Below are positions 1 to 13,100 of a DNA stretch of 64,000 nt, in pieces. Both the position numbers and the translations under genes were made by a program. The DNA comes from Squalus acanthias (taxonomy: Eukaryota). The notes beneath the pieces are model-generated. The model saw nothing but the letters and a program-made list of their open reading frames with translations, was not told where the DNA came from and did no database searches. The stretch is from positions 154,878,001 through 154,942,000 of the forward strand of contig CM059431.1 of assembly GCA_030390025.1 (NCBI GenBank), in the 5' to 3' direction. Every line of letters starts with the position of its first letter. Positions within the stretch are counted from its first letter, which is position 1.

Positions 1-1010
1 CAACCATGCAGTCTTTGAATGTTTGCCATTGCCTATCCACCGTCAACTCCTTGAGTGACATTCCCCAATCAATCCTACCCAATCCCGCCTCATACCATCG
101 TATTTTCCTTTATTTAAATTTAGGACCCTAGTCTCTGATTCAACTACTTCACTCTCCATCCTAATGAAGAATTATATCATATTATGATCACTCTGACCCA
201 AGGGGCCTCTTACAACAAGAATGCTAATTAATCCTTTCTCGTTGCATAATACCCAGTCTAAGATGGTCTGATCTCTGGTTGGTTCCTCGACATATTGTTC
301 CAGAAAACCATCTCGTAAACATTCTAGGAATTCCTCCTCCACAGTATTTTTACTAATTTGGTTAGCCCAATCTATATGTACATTAAAGTCACCCATGATG
401 ACTGCTGTGCCCTTACTGCATGCTTCTCTAATTTCCCTTTTAATGCCGTCCCCAACCTCCGTATTACTGTTTGGAGGTCTATATACCACTCCCACTAACG
501 TTTTCTGCCCCTTGTTATTTCTCAGTTCTACCCATACAGATTCCGCATCATCAGAGCTAATATCCTTCCTTTCAATTGTGTTAATCCCATCTTTAACCAG
601 CAATGCTACCCCACCTCCCTTTCTTTTTTGCCTAACTTTCCTAAATATTGAATAAACCTGGATGTTGAGTTCCCAGCCTTGGCCACCCTGGAGCCATGTT
701 TCTGTAATCACAATCAAATCGTATTCATTTACCTCTATTTGCGCAGCTAATTCATGCACCTTGTTCCGAATGCTCCTTGCATTAAGACACAAAGCCTTCA
801 GGCTTGTTTTTTTAACGTTCTCAGACCTATATGAATTATTATTTACTGTGACCATGTTTGATTTAAACCGTTGAGTTCTTTGCCTTTTACTTTTGTTTTT
901 CTCCTTCCTATCTTTAACTTTTATCCTTATTTCCCTTTCCTCTGTCTCCCTGCTCAGGTTCTCAACCCCCTGCCACTTTAGTTTAAATCCTCCCCAACAG
1001 CACTCGCATT
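1..1010 (-). mobile_element. CR1 LINE fragment (APE endonuclease region of ORF2)
   Basis: ORF 172..1032 has APE motifs (LNARSIRNK, ITETWL, VYRPP, MGDFN, SDH); closely similar to the CR1 at 57458. Confidence 0.9.
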
Positions 1011-1049
1011 GCCTAGCACTTCTGTATCGCAAATGTTAACTGCTACCCT

Positions 1050-1310
1050 CATAAGGACAGAATCTGGGCTGTTCGTTGATGATTGCAATGTTCAATTCCA
1101 TTCACAAATCCACAGATAATTAAGCAGTCCCTGTCTGTATGCAGCATGATCTGGTCAAAATGCCACTTTGGGCGGATAAGTGGCAAGTATCAATTGTGCC
1201 ACATAAGTGACAGGCAATAACCATCTGCAGAAAGAGACTCCCTAATGAACTCCTCTGGAGATTCAATGTTATTACCACCGACAAATCCGCCACCATCAAT
1301 AACCTGGTTA
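1050..1310 (+). mobile_element. degenerate RT fragment of the tRNA/Deu-headed LINE family
   Basis: Aligns by eye to 48715-48910 and 62700-62930 (gctgttcgttgatgattgc...gggcggataagtggcaagta). Confidence 0.65.
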
Positions 1311-3149
1311 ACACCACTCACACCAGCTGATAATTCACTGCTAAACGTCTTTCAGTTAATGTTTGTCGCATTTCTGCAGGGATTCGATTTACTGCAGTTT
1401 CTGAAATCGGTCATAAATGGCATGGTTTCCATGGAGCAATTTATACAAATTTCAGAATTGCAAGGAACATGCCAAGGCACATTGTAAAGAAAAATTGAAT
1501 AAGACACCATTCGCAGCGCAAGCATCTCGCGTCCTCAGCACAGTCTCATTGGAAATCATGGAGCTAGATAAAACTTCTAATAGCCACATATCTAATCTCA
1601 TGTGATGAAATTAATTGATATATAATAACTGAACAGTCGGTCACGGCCGAGAGTTTATTTCCGTTATTCATCAAAGCATCCGTGCGTCCCCAATAAACTA
1701 TACGATTCTTGTGAGAATCCTTCGTATTCTCTATGAACCATTTCCTTCCTAAATCTGAACAGCCCTGTCTTGTGAGAAACTATTCTACTTGAAGTGTTTA
1801 TGAAATGTGATCATTGTCTCGAATTCTGTCACCTGCCACTCACACAATTCTTAAACTCTCAATGTTTTACCTTCTGCTCATTATCATCTACGCTTCTTTG
1901 ATTTGTATTCTATAATTAACTCTACACTCCCTATATTCAGCTTTAAAATCTCCTTTTTATTGCCTTTTCTATGCAAGTCGAAGTGATTCTTGTATGTGCT
2001 CTACCCTTAATATTATCGTGTAATTCATATATATTGTATGGCAATCATAGCCTAATGTGTAACTTCCAATTGCTTGCCGCCGGAATTATTTTATCATTTC
2101 CGTCCCAATATATCTGCGCTAGTGTGTTTTTGCTTTGTTAAAATTGGTTAGATTCCTGTAAATGTATATTGTTTAGATTTACTGTTCATATGAATTGTAA
2201 TGATATCATTGCTTCGTAGATATTCCACAACACTTATCCGTTTGCAGAAATGTTTCCAATGCTCAATCCCTCTTTGTTGTTCTGAAACCGTACCCATCTA
2301 TCTAACGTCCTGACATGTGGCAGGTAGCACACTCCCTCTTCCACCCGTATATCACTTCTACACTTTAGATATTTAAAGGCATCCAGCATTCTGACACCCT
2401 TGCTAAAATATCTTCAATTTTTCAAAATATCGCTTCCAGAATCCGTGTCCCAGCACGTGGTGCATAATAATCAACACCATTATTAAGCTATAAACCGAAA
2501 CGCATTGATTATCATTGCTCCTCATTCCTTATATCAGTCCTGAGTTTTCGTGCTGCAATTGAATATTTTATTAATAACTGTTCCCAATTTTGTTTGAAAT
2601 GTATTCAATTTCTTTGTAACAGGACATTTTAGCTCCTAGCTCCCTGCCCTGCCCTTATACAAGCCACGTAACTGTTAATGTCTTCATATCATAACTTCCT
2701 AGAGCATCATCAGACAATCGGTGCCTTCAACCCAACAGCTTTATTAACAATAGTTTATTAATATATGCATTACTTACCTCGAGGAAATATTCGGAAAGAG
2801 AGCAGATAGACATCACAGATAAGATTAGCGATTGTTTTTTAAATGGGATATTATGACAGTCTTGACATGAGAGGCCGGTATTGTTGATGTCCCTGTGCAC
2901 TGGGCCGAACAAAGGGCGTGGGTTGATCGGTCCTGGAGTCAAAGCAGAAGATTGCGTAATCCATGGGCTTGATGATACCTGGAACAATGCAGATTGTGCG
3001 AGGTTTTAAATTCCAAGTAATATCAGTGGCAGGGATTGTGTTGGAAAGGCAGAGCGAAGCAGCCATGCGATGAATTTGGAAGAAGAGAAATGGAAGCAAA
3101 GACTTGGATATGTTCAGTAGAAAGTTCTAGACATTCGTGCCACCGACAT

Positions 3150-3915
3150 TGGCCGAAAATTAAACCTAATACGCGAGAGTACTCCCTGTGTACTCCCGCG
3201 TATTAGATCCCGAATTGCCGGTTTCCTGCATGCACTGCGTATGCGCGGGAAACCGGCACTTCGTAAATTGAAAAGGGGGCGGTTCCTAAGTGAACCGCGT
3301 GCGCGCGACAGGCTGTGCACACGCAGTGCAGTTCGTTTTTTTTTCAGCTTTGAACGCGCAGGTAAGTGGTGAAGATTTTACACATAAAGAAAGCAGGCGT
3401 AGGACCCCCTTTTAACAAGGTAAGTAGTTAATTAAGTGTTATTTGAATTTTTTTTCAACAGGTTTATCTTTTTTAGAGACTTTAAAGAAAGGTAAGTTTA
3501 TTTTTATAACTTTTAAAAAGATTTTAAATTTTTTCAAAAATTAAATTTTTTGTTTAAAGTTGTTAATTTATTTAACTATATTTATTTTATTAATGTGATG
3601 GCTTTTTAAAAACAAATTATTGAGGTTTAGCTGTTCTTTTGGGGGGGTGTAGTATTCATAGCTTTGACAGATCTTGCCGTCAAAACTATGAATGAAAGAT
3701 GGTGTGCTGCCATTGGCTCTTACTGAATCACGTGATCCCAGAGCTCGCACGAACTAATTGCGTCTCTGGGTCACGCAAGCACTGCACAATTCCAACAGAG
3801 AGAGCCTTTGAAACTAAAGTTCGTGTGGGCCCGGAGCAATAAGGTAGGCGCGGATTGCGATATCGCGGGGAATCCTTAACCCCGCGGGAACCATCCATGT
3901 TTAATTTCTGGGCCA
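3150..3915. mobile_element. MITE-like non-autonomous DNA element
   Basis: Imperfect TIRs tggccgaaaattaaac / gtttaatttctgggcca; GC-rich arms, internal hairpin gccggtttcc...ggaaaccggc, AT-rich core. Confidence 0.65.
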
Positions 3916-4269
3916 TAATATTTTGCTACTGTTTCGATGAATGATAATTGGAATGAACGAAAGTCTCATTGCCGTCAATGGTAAAGAAATATGACGCATG
4001 GAAAACGAGCAGCACTTTCGCGATCAGCACCTTTCATGCGACTGGACGACTCCAATTTCATCCGCATTGTTTATCAATCTGTGCAATTTGAGTTTCTGAA
4101 AGCACGTTGTGTGCTTTCAAAAACATTACTGTTTTCAACAACAAATAATGCTTGATTTTGGTCGTATCGTATTTCTGTAATCGGACTGTTTCTCCCTTTT
4201 ATATGGCACTTTACACTTATTTCCTCTATCAATTGAGAAAATCCAGTTTCTCTCGGTGACTCAACGCCG

Positions 4270-4510
4270 GTCCTCTCTATCTCTGCTAACTCCTCCAGCC
4301 CTACAGCCCTCCGTGATCTCTGCGCTCATCCAATTCTGGACGTTTGTGCATTCCCAATTTTCTTCACGCCACCATTTGCAGCCGTGCCTTGAGCTGCCTC
4401 TCCCCTAAGCTCTGGAATCCACTACATCATCGTCTCCGGCTCTATGCCATTCTCTCCCCCTTGAAGGTACTCCTTAAAACTTACCTCGTTGACGAAGATT
4501 TTGGTGACCC
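4270..4510 (+). mobile_element. L2-like LINE 3' end fragment
   Basis: Translates as RALSCLSPKLWNPL...LLKTYL, resembling an L2 ORF2 C-terminus. Confidence 0.6.
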
Positions 4511-4626
4511 GATTCTGAGCTTTTCTGTTCATTCTTCTCAGCAATAGAGGGAGAAAGAAAACAAACGTTTCTTCTCAGATTTAGTAAATGACTTGTTTGA
4601 ATATGATTGCAATATTGTTTTTTTAG

Positions 4627-4825
4627 GAAATCAGAACACTTGCTGAAAGACAGCACAGAAATGATGCATCCCAACTCTTGTTTGATACCGTGGTGGAAAA
4701 GGGAGCTCGGGGAATAAGAACAATCTGGAACATATTTCGTCAACTGCAGAATACAAATCCCAACCTGAAAGCGACAATGTTTGAGATAACGGACAGAAGT
4801 ACAGAGGTAGAACAGGATCTAGAAG
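4627..4825 (+). CDS. NLR exon: C-terminal half of a CARD/death-fold-like domain
   Basis: ttttag|EIRTLAERQHRNDASQLLFDTVVEKGARGIRTIWNIFRQLQNTNPNLKATMFEI...DLE|gtagg; its phase-1 end matches the acceptor at 13100/13101. Confidence 0.7.
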
Positions 4826-4993
4826 GTAGGTGGTGTCCAAATTTAATTGCAAAAGGTCGTGTTTACTTTCAGAGTAACAAACTTCATTATTTATGTCGAG
4901 GAACTTATTTTCAGTTAATGCCCGTGAGGATGAAATTCTAAATGGTGGGGAATCCTTACAGGCGGAATCGCATTTGCCGACAGTTACAAAGCA

Positions 4994-5775
4994 CGCCCGA
5001 TATTCAGCTCAATTCAAGGTTATTCCGGCGCAGCATATAAGAATTGATGGATCCGATATGGCCTTTATTATGTCCTCGCGGAAAAACGATCGGTGTTGCA
5101 TCTGCTGCCCGTTTTGCGCTCGGGCCGATATTCCCTTCCGTTGACGTTAATAGAACTACATAGGTTGTGGTCCGCCCTCCCACCACAACCCAACCCCCAG
5201 AGCCGGCAATCAGGGAAATCTCTCAAATCAGATAAACTGATGAAATCTTCGGCTCTTCCACAGTAATTGCTCACTTAAATTCCCCACTAAAAGTTAGAGT
5301 CAAATGGATTGGGTTTAATTATTTTTTAACAGCGTATTGACTTCTAAACAATAGTTTTGGGACTGAAAATCTAATTTAAATTTTTTGAAGTATTCATTTT
5401 AATAAATAATTATATTTTTAAGAACATTTTTTAAAAAGTTTTTTATCCTCATTTAAGGTTCGCCTTTTCCCCACGTGAGAGCCCCACTGTATGTTTTCAT
5501 TCCCCAACATTTTTAGAAATGTACAAGTTTAAGAGCTTACTCACTTCCTTGTTGGCTGTCTGTGAGAATTCTACAATTTGATTGGCTGCTTAGACAGCCT
5601 GTTGACGTCAACGCATTATGCTCTAGGCGATCCACATGAAACTCCGCTGATTTTAAATTACGCTTCGGAAAAGCTGAACTTCTCTACACAGAGATTGCGA
5701 GACCTTTGTTTGAAGATTAGTTTGGGGCTAACAGCAAATGCCTTTGCTTCGCTACTGACCACAAATTCCGGACCA
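4994..5775. mobile_element. MITE-like element
   Basis: Same layout as 3150-3915 and 11265-11909 (GC arms, AT core, weak TIR ending aaattccggacca). Confidence 0.45.
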
Positions 5776-5779
5776 TTCT

Positions 5780-8700
5780 TTAGAGTCATAGAGTCATGGA
5801 GTTATACAGCACAGAAAGAGGCCCTTCGGTCCATCGTGTCCGCACCGGCCATCAAGCCCTGTCTATTTTAATCCCATTTTCCAGCACTTTGTCCGTAGCC
5901 TTGTATGCTATGGCGTTTCAAGTGCTCATCTAAATGCTTCTTGAATATTGTGAGGGTTCCTGCCTCTACCACCCTTGCAGGCAGTGAGTTCCCGATTCCA
6001 ACCACCCTCTGGGTGAAAAAGTGTTTCCTCAAATCCCCTCTAAACCTCCTGCCCTTTACTTGAAACTATGCCCCCTGGTTACTGAACTCTCTACTAAGAG
6101 GAGAAGTTCCTTTCTATCTACCCTATCTATGCCCCTCATAATTTTGTACACCACAATCAGGTACCCCCTCAGCCTTCTGTGCTCTAAGGAAAATAACACC
6201 AGCCTGTCCAGAACTATTCATAGCTGAAGCGCTGCAGCCCAGGTAACATCCTGGTGAATCTCCTCTGCACCATCTCAAATGCAATCACATCCTTCCTATA
6301 GTGTGGCGACCAGAACTGCACACAGTATTCCAGCTGTGGCCTAACAAGCGTTTTGTACAGCTCCATCATAACCTCCCTGCTCTTATATTCTATGCCTCGG
6401 CTAATGAAGGCAAGTATCCCATATGCCTTTTTAACCACCTTATCTACCTGTCCTGCTGCCTTCAGGGATCTATGTACATGCACACCAAGGTCCCTCTGAT
6501 CCTCTGTCCTTCCGAGGGTCCTACCATTCATTGTGTATTCCCTTGCCTTGATAGTGCTCCCAAAATGCATCACCTCACACTTTTCAGGGTTAAATTCCAT
6601 TTGCCACTGTTCTGCGCATCTGACCAACCCGTCTATATCGTCCTGTAGCCTGAGGTTCCTCTCCTCGCTATTTACCACCAAACCAATTTTCCTGTCATCG
6701 GCAAACTTAATGATCATACCTCCTACATTCATATCTAAATCATTAATGTACACTACAAACAGCAAAGGACCCAGCACCGATCCCTGCGGTACACCACTGG
6801 ACGCAGTCTTCCAGTCACAAAAACAACCTTCGACCATCACCGTCTGCCTCCTGCCACTAAGCCAATTTTGAATCCAATGTACCAATTTGCCCTGGAACCC
6901 ATGGGCATTTAACTTCTTGAACAGTCTCCCATGCGGGACTTCGTCAAAAGCCTTACTGAAGTCCATGTAGACCACATCAACTGCACTACCCTCATCCACA
7001 CACATAGTCAACCCCTCAAAAAATTCAATCAAATTGGTCAGACATGATCTCCCCCTGACAAAGCCATGCTGAGTTTCCTTTGATAAGCCTTGCCTCTCCA
7101 AGTGGAGACTAATTCTGTCCCTCAGAATTTTTTCCAATAATTTCCCTACCACTGATGTTAGGCTCACTGGCCTGTAATTCCCTGGTTTATCCCTACTACT
7201 CTTCTTGAATAATGGTACTACGTTAGCTGTTCTCTAGTCCTCTGGCACCTCCCCTGTGGCCAGAGAGAATCTGAAAATTTGTTTCAGAGCCCCTGCAATC
7301 TCCTCCCTTGCCTCACACAGCAGCCTAGGATACATCTCGTCTTGGCCTGGGGATTTATACACTTTTAATCTCACTAAAACCGCTAGTACCTCCTCCCTCT
7401 CAATATTAATTTGTTCAAGTATGTCACAATCCCCCTGCCTGATTTATATGCCTACATCTTCCTTCTCCATCGAGAACACATATGCAAATATTAATTGAAA
7501 ACCCTACCTACATCTTCTGGCTCTACACACAGATTACCACTTTGGTCCCTAATGGGCCCTACGCTTTCACTGGTTATCCTCTTGCCCCTAATATACTTAT
7601 TAAACACCTTGGGATTCTCCTTTATTTTGCCCGCCAATGTTATTTCATGCCCCCTCTTCGCTCTCCTAATTTCTTTTTTCAGTACCCCCTTGCACTTTCT
7701 ATACTCCTCTTGGGCTTCCACTGTTTTAAGTCCTTTGTATCTACCAAAAGCCTTCATTTTTTTCCTAATCCATTCTCGTATATCCCTTGACATCCAGGGT
7801 TCCCTGGGCTTGTTGGTCCCACCCTTGACCTTTACGGGAACATGTTGCCGTTGTACTCTCTCTATTTCCTTTCTGAAAGACTCCCACTGCTCTGATGTGG
7901 ATATTCCTACAAGTAACTGATCCCAGTCAACTTTGGCCAGATCCTGCCTTATCATATTAAAATCGGCCTTCCCCCAATTTAGCACCTTTATCGCCGTTCC
8001 ATCTTTATCCTTTTCCATGTCTATCTTAAATCTCACCGAATTATGGTCACTGTCACCAAAATGCTTTCCTACTAACACTTCAACCACTTGCTCGGCTGCA
8101 TTCCCTACAATTAGGTTCAGTACCGCCCCTCTCTTATCGGACTTTCTACATGCTAGCTTTAAAGATCTCCTGGATGCACTTTACGAATTTCGCTCAGTCT
8201 AAGCCTTTCACACTCTAACTATCCCAGTTAATATTGGGGAAGTTGAAATCCCCTCCTCTTATTACCCTATTATTTCTACACTTCTCTGAAATTTGCCTAG
8301 ATATCTGTTCCTCTATCTCCCCCTGACTGTTTGGGGGCCTATAGTACATTCCCAGCAAAGTGCTTGCCCCCTTTTTGTTTTTAAGTTCTACCCATATGGC
8401 CTCATTAGAGGAACCTGCTACGATATCTTCCCTCCTTACAGCAGTAATTGTCTCCTTGATTAATATTGCGACACCCCCTCCTATTTTGCACCACAGTCTG
8501 TCTCGCCTGAAGATTCTATCCCCCGGAATATTGAGCTGCCAGTCCTGCCCCTCCCTCAAACATGTCTCTGTGATAGCAACAATATCATACTCCCATGTGT
8601 TCATCAACACCTTCAATTCATCTGCCTTACTCGCAAGACACCTTGCATTAAAATAAATGCCATCCAGCCTTGCCATACTCCTTTGTTCCATTACATATTT

Positions 8701-10342
8701 GCTCTGACTTCCAGGCTGACTTGTTTTTGACTCTATATTTTTCTGTGCATCATCCCCTACTATAGCTCCACTCCGTATCCCACCCCCCTGCCACGTCAGT
8801 TTAAAAGCGCCCCCCCTCCCCCCACAACAATATTGGCAAACCTCCCCGCAAGGATGTTGGTCCCGTTCCGGTTCAGGTGCAACCCTTCCGACTTGTATAG
8901 GTCCCACCTTCCCCAGACGCAGACCCAGTGATCCAGGAAACTAAAGACCTCCCTCCTGCACGAATTATTTATCCACACATTAATCTGCTCTATCCTCCTA
9001 TTCCTATATTCACTAGCACGTGGCACTGGGAGTAATCCAAAGATTACAACATTTGAGGTCCTGCTTTTTAATCTGCTACCTAGCTCCCTAAATTCTTGTT
9101 GCAGGACCTCATCCCTCTTTCTACCCATGTCCTTGGTACAATGTGAACCACCACCTCTGACAGTTCGGCCTCCCCCTTCAGAATGCCCTGCAGCCGTTCA
9201 GTGACATCCTTGACCTGGCACCAGGAAGGCAACATACCATCCTGGAGTCACGTCTGCGGCCACAGAAACGTCTGTCTCTTCCCCTTACAATAGAATCCCC
9301 TCTCACTTTTGCTCTCTCACTCTTTTTCCTCCCCTCCTGTGCAGCTGAGCCAGTTGTAGTGCCATGGACTTGGCTCTTGCTGCATTCCCCTGAGAAACCC
9401 TACTGACCCAACAGTACCCAAAACGGAAAATCTGTCGGAGAGGGCGATGGACCCAGGGGACTTCTGCACTACCTTCGTAGATCTTTTACTCTGTCTGGTG
9501 GTCACCCGTTATCTATCTGCCTGTGCACTCTTTACCTGCGGTGTGACCATCTTGTTAAACGTGCTATCCACGAAGATCTCAGCTTTGCGGATGCTCCACA
9601 GTGACTCTAGCTGCAGCTCCAGCTCCGAAACGCGGAATTCGAGTAGCTGCAGCTGGAGACACTTCCTGCACATAGGTTCGCCCTGGACACCTCAAGTGCC
9701 CCTGACTTCCGACATAGCACAGGAGGAGCACTCCACGCTGCCGAGCTGCCCTGCCATGTCCTACCCTTAATTTACTCCCTTTAAGTTAAAGAATATTCAA
9801 TACATTAGGCACCTTACTTCGTTTAGACACTACTTACTCCAAACTAGAGACCTTACTTTTAGTTTAATGATTAGAATGTAGAAATAATGTAGAAATACTC
9901 ACCGCTGGTTCTCTGTCCCATCTTGTGCAGCTTTTTAGCTCCTGCTCTCCAGGAAGCTGACAAAGATGGAAAAAGAAAGGAACACCTACCTCCCCTCACT
10001 CACCAAACTCGCAGTTTAACACTCTGTTCCGATCTGCACTCCGTGACAAACTGCACTCTAGCCTCCCTTCTTTATACTGCTGAGATTTAAATAAGCGAGC
10101 TCTCTGGCAGTTACATAACCAGATTAGAGCATTTAATTAATTAATTACTCTCACCTGCTCTCCAGCACAAAGCTTGCTGAGCCCTGCCTAAGCCTGGAAG
10201 AAACTTAAAACTTGACAAAGTAAATTTAAATGCTAATTGCAAGCACACAAGACTAGAATTTATAAAAATAAGAGATTAACCTTTAAGATATACTCCCACA
10301 CTCACCAACCTCGCAGTTTAACACTCTGTTCCGATCTGCACT
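5780..10342 (-). mobile_element. near full-length decayed CR1 LINE, antisense in NLR intron
   Basis: ORF1 esterase-like pieces 8796-9770, APE 8215-8907, RT 6214-7167 ([12 protein letters not shown]), 3' tail near 5780, 5' UTR to ~10342. Confidence 0.92.
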
Positions 10343-11264
10343 TATTTAATACTGGTATCTCTCAGGCCTTTCTACTTCCAACCCACTGCATTTTAGAACC
10401 AGGTACATTCAATTATGAATTCCCAGCTATTTATATATTTCAGATATGGTATTAGAGATTATGTTATTATTTCAATTTGAGATCAATATCTATTTGGTGT
10501 TTTCTTCTAATTGCTGTATTGCTATCTAGCAAATTTAATGTGAGTACCTTTAGATTCAGTGTTTCAATTTCTCGGTTCCCTATCCTAGTTTATTTTTCCA
10601 AGAAAGAAGGAGAGAGCTTTCATGTACTTTTGCATTCTCTTAATCTCTGTAGATTGTTTATCAGCTCTTTAGGAAAACAAGTGAAATGCATGACTATCGC
10701 TAATTGCTCAACAGCGCCTTGTGATTCCAAGGCATTGACTTTGCCCTGGAGTCTCAGATCACCGTCCGGAACCATTATATGTTAATTTTCTGAATATATG
10801 ATTCCATATGAATAATTGCAATGTTTTTATCCAAGCTAATGAGTTTTAGACTCGATTCTTCGAACGACCTTTGGGCACAGCGTGTTATAAACTCGTGTTT
10901 GTCCAGAGCTTCAATTCGAAAATTAACACCATTCCACTGTCCGTAATCCTTTTTTTTATCAATGACCTACTTTCACTAGTTTTCCCAAATTATTTGTGAA
11001 ATCATCCTGCTCCACGGTCTTGACCACCTTATCTCTACAATCTTTGTCACGTCCCCTCTATTTCATTCCAGTCCCTCCTCTCCCCTTGCTGTGAACCTCA
11101 GATTATTGGTTCCTCTGCGCTGGACAAATCGTCAGCGCCACTGGCTGGCACTTTGTTGCCCTGGGCATCCGATCTCTACTTCTTACTTTCTTTATAAACA
11201 GCCTCCACAATGCCAATACATCGAATTGATTTTATCGCTCATAATTTTATTGATCAAAAACATA

Positions 11265-11909
11265 GACCCGTCATTTCCGATCGGAGGCTTCCCGCGTGCG
11301 GATGCCTCCTATCGGGTAGAAATGTGTGCCCTTACCTGAGGGCTCCCGAGGTGCAGACATTTCCGATCCTGCGCCTGTTTACAGTCGAAATGCGCAGGGC
11401 CCACGTATCCCAGGGGTGCATGCCGTTCGCAATCGTCACTGGAATCACGTGGGCCAGGTCAGCCAATAGGAGAACGGAATCTTCCTTGCAACTTTTGACA
11501 GATAGACCTGTCAAAACTTTGAATGGAAATCACCCCAAAAACACATCACTACATTAAATAAATTTTAAAAACCCATTAGGTTTTTAAATGAGTTAAAATG
11601 ACATTAAATTAAATAAATTAAACAAAAATATTTTTTTTTGAAAAATTATTTGAATTTCTTTACAGGGCTAAATGTAAACTTACCGTTTTTAAAAGTATTT
11701 TAAAGTTATAACTGAGTGAAAACATTTTTCTTTAACTTTTTTAAACTCTTATGCTAGTAAACGCAGACCTTATGCCTGCTTTTACAAGGCGTAAGATGTT
11801 TAAGTGTTTTCAGTGGGCGGAGTTTCTGCTGCAAGCGGAACTCCCCAAACCGCAGAGGCCCTTCTGCAGGGCAGACGTACACACAGGTAGGCATCGGAAA
11901 ATACGGGCC
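11265..11909. mobile_element. MITE-like non-autonomous DNA element
   Basis: TIR gacccgtcatttccgatc versus reverse complement of catcggaaaatacgggcc; AT-rich core. Confidence 0.7.
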
Positions 11910-12764
11910 ATTTCGTTCCCTGTATGTAACGTGGAGTCGAATATTTTCCATAGCGCTCGCACTTCAATTTCTTGGTTCTCTGCTTAACCTTTGAAAAAAA
12001 GTCTTCTTAATGATAAAAAATCTTTCTTCAATGCTTTCGCGGATCTGCAATGCACCCCCAATTCTTCACAAACTCCGGAGACTTTAAAATTGTGTACCTG
12101 GAACCTTCTCTTATTTAACAAGTCATGTAATCCTATTTCTCATAAGCACCGAGCTGAACTGGCTTCTTGTTACAAGCAGATTTAATATTAAGGATATTAA
12201 ACATCTTGTGATGGCCATTCCAAAAATTCCTTCCACTTTCTCTGGGCAGATTTCCCTCGGCTTCTGTACCTTAATACTACTGCAATGGTGTATCTCCACT
12301 ATTAAAGGGAGCCCTTCTATCTCAATGCACTTGCTCTTTGGAACGTTCATTGTTAATTATTTTGCCACGAAACCTGTCCCCTTTCATTCAGAACGCCTCT
12401 TAAAACCTCTCTAACAGTCTGTATCTCAGATTGCGCCGTTAACATTAAGCCCGCATTTTGTGTCCTGCTTTAATATTGTATTAATGCTTTGAAGAGACAA
12501 AGCTCCAAGGGGCGATTAATGATATCTGCTGAAGCAAAGTATTCCGGCATTTACTTCTCTTCTGATTCTAACTTCATATTGAGATATACAGATGGATATC
12601 TAGTAATTCTTTCAAAGTTACAATCTTGGCAAATTTCTCTTCATGAATGTCCTTTGTAATTTTGAAAATTTTACACCAGGAAGCTGGTCAAACCTACGTA
12701 AAGGTCCCAGAATCCTTAATCAACTTCATTAAATTCCCTGATATTTCAGAAAAGTAATCAAAAA

Positions 12765-12891
12765 GAAAATACTGCAAATGCTGGAAATCTGAAATAAAAA
12801 CAGAAAATGCTGGAGATACTCAGCAGGTCAGGCAGCATCTGTGAACAGAGAAAAATAGTTAACGTTTCAGGTGGATGACGTTTCGTCAGAA
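12765..12891 (-). mobile_element. Penelope-like 3' end remnant with degenerate hammerhead motif
   Basis: Matches 14246-14371; minus strand CTGACGA...GAAACGTT, helix II mismatched. Confidence 0.75.
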
Positions 12892-13100
12892 AAGTATGGT
12901 GTGTAAGGCTGCTGTATTTTTCTTATGGTGTCCGGGCACCAAATGGTAAAATAATTAAAAGTTGACTCATTACTCACAAAGTTTATAGGATTATATTTCT
13001 TGAATTTTAGATTTCCTTCATTGCATTGACAGATTAAATATTTTTTCTCCTGAGTCAGAATTGCTATGCCAATAAAATTGTTTATTGTTTCATATTCAAG

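Noticed and set aside
1379..1605. Candidate first CARD exon after ctgcag
   Set aside because: No frame resembles a death fold and there is no clear donor
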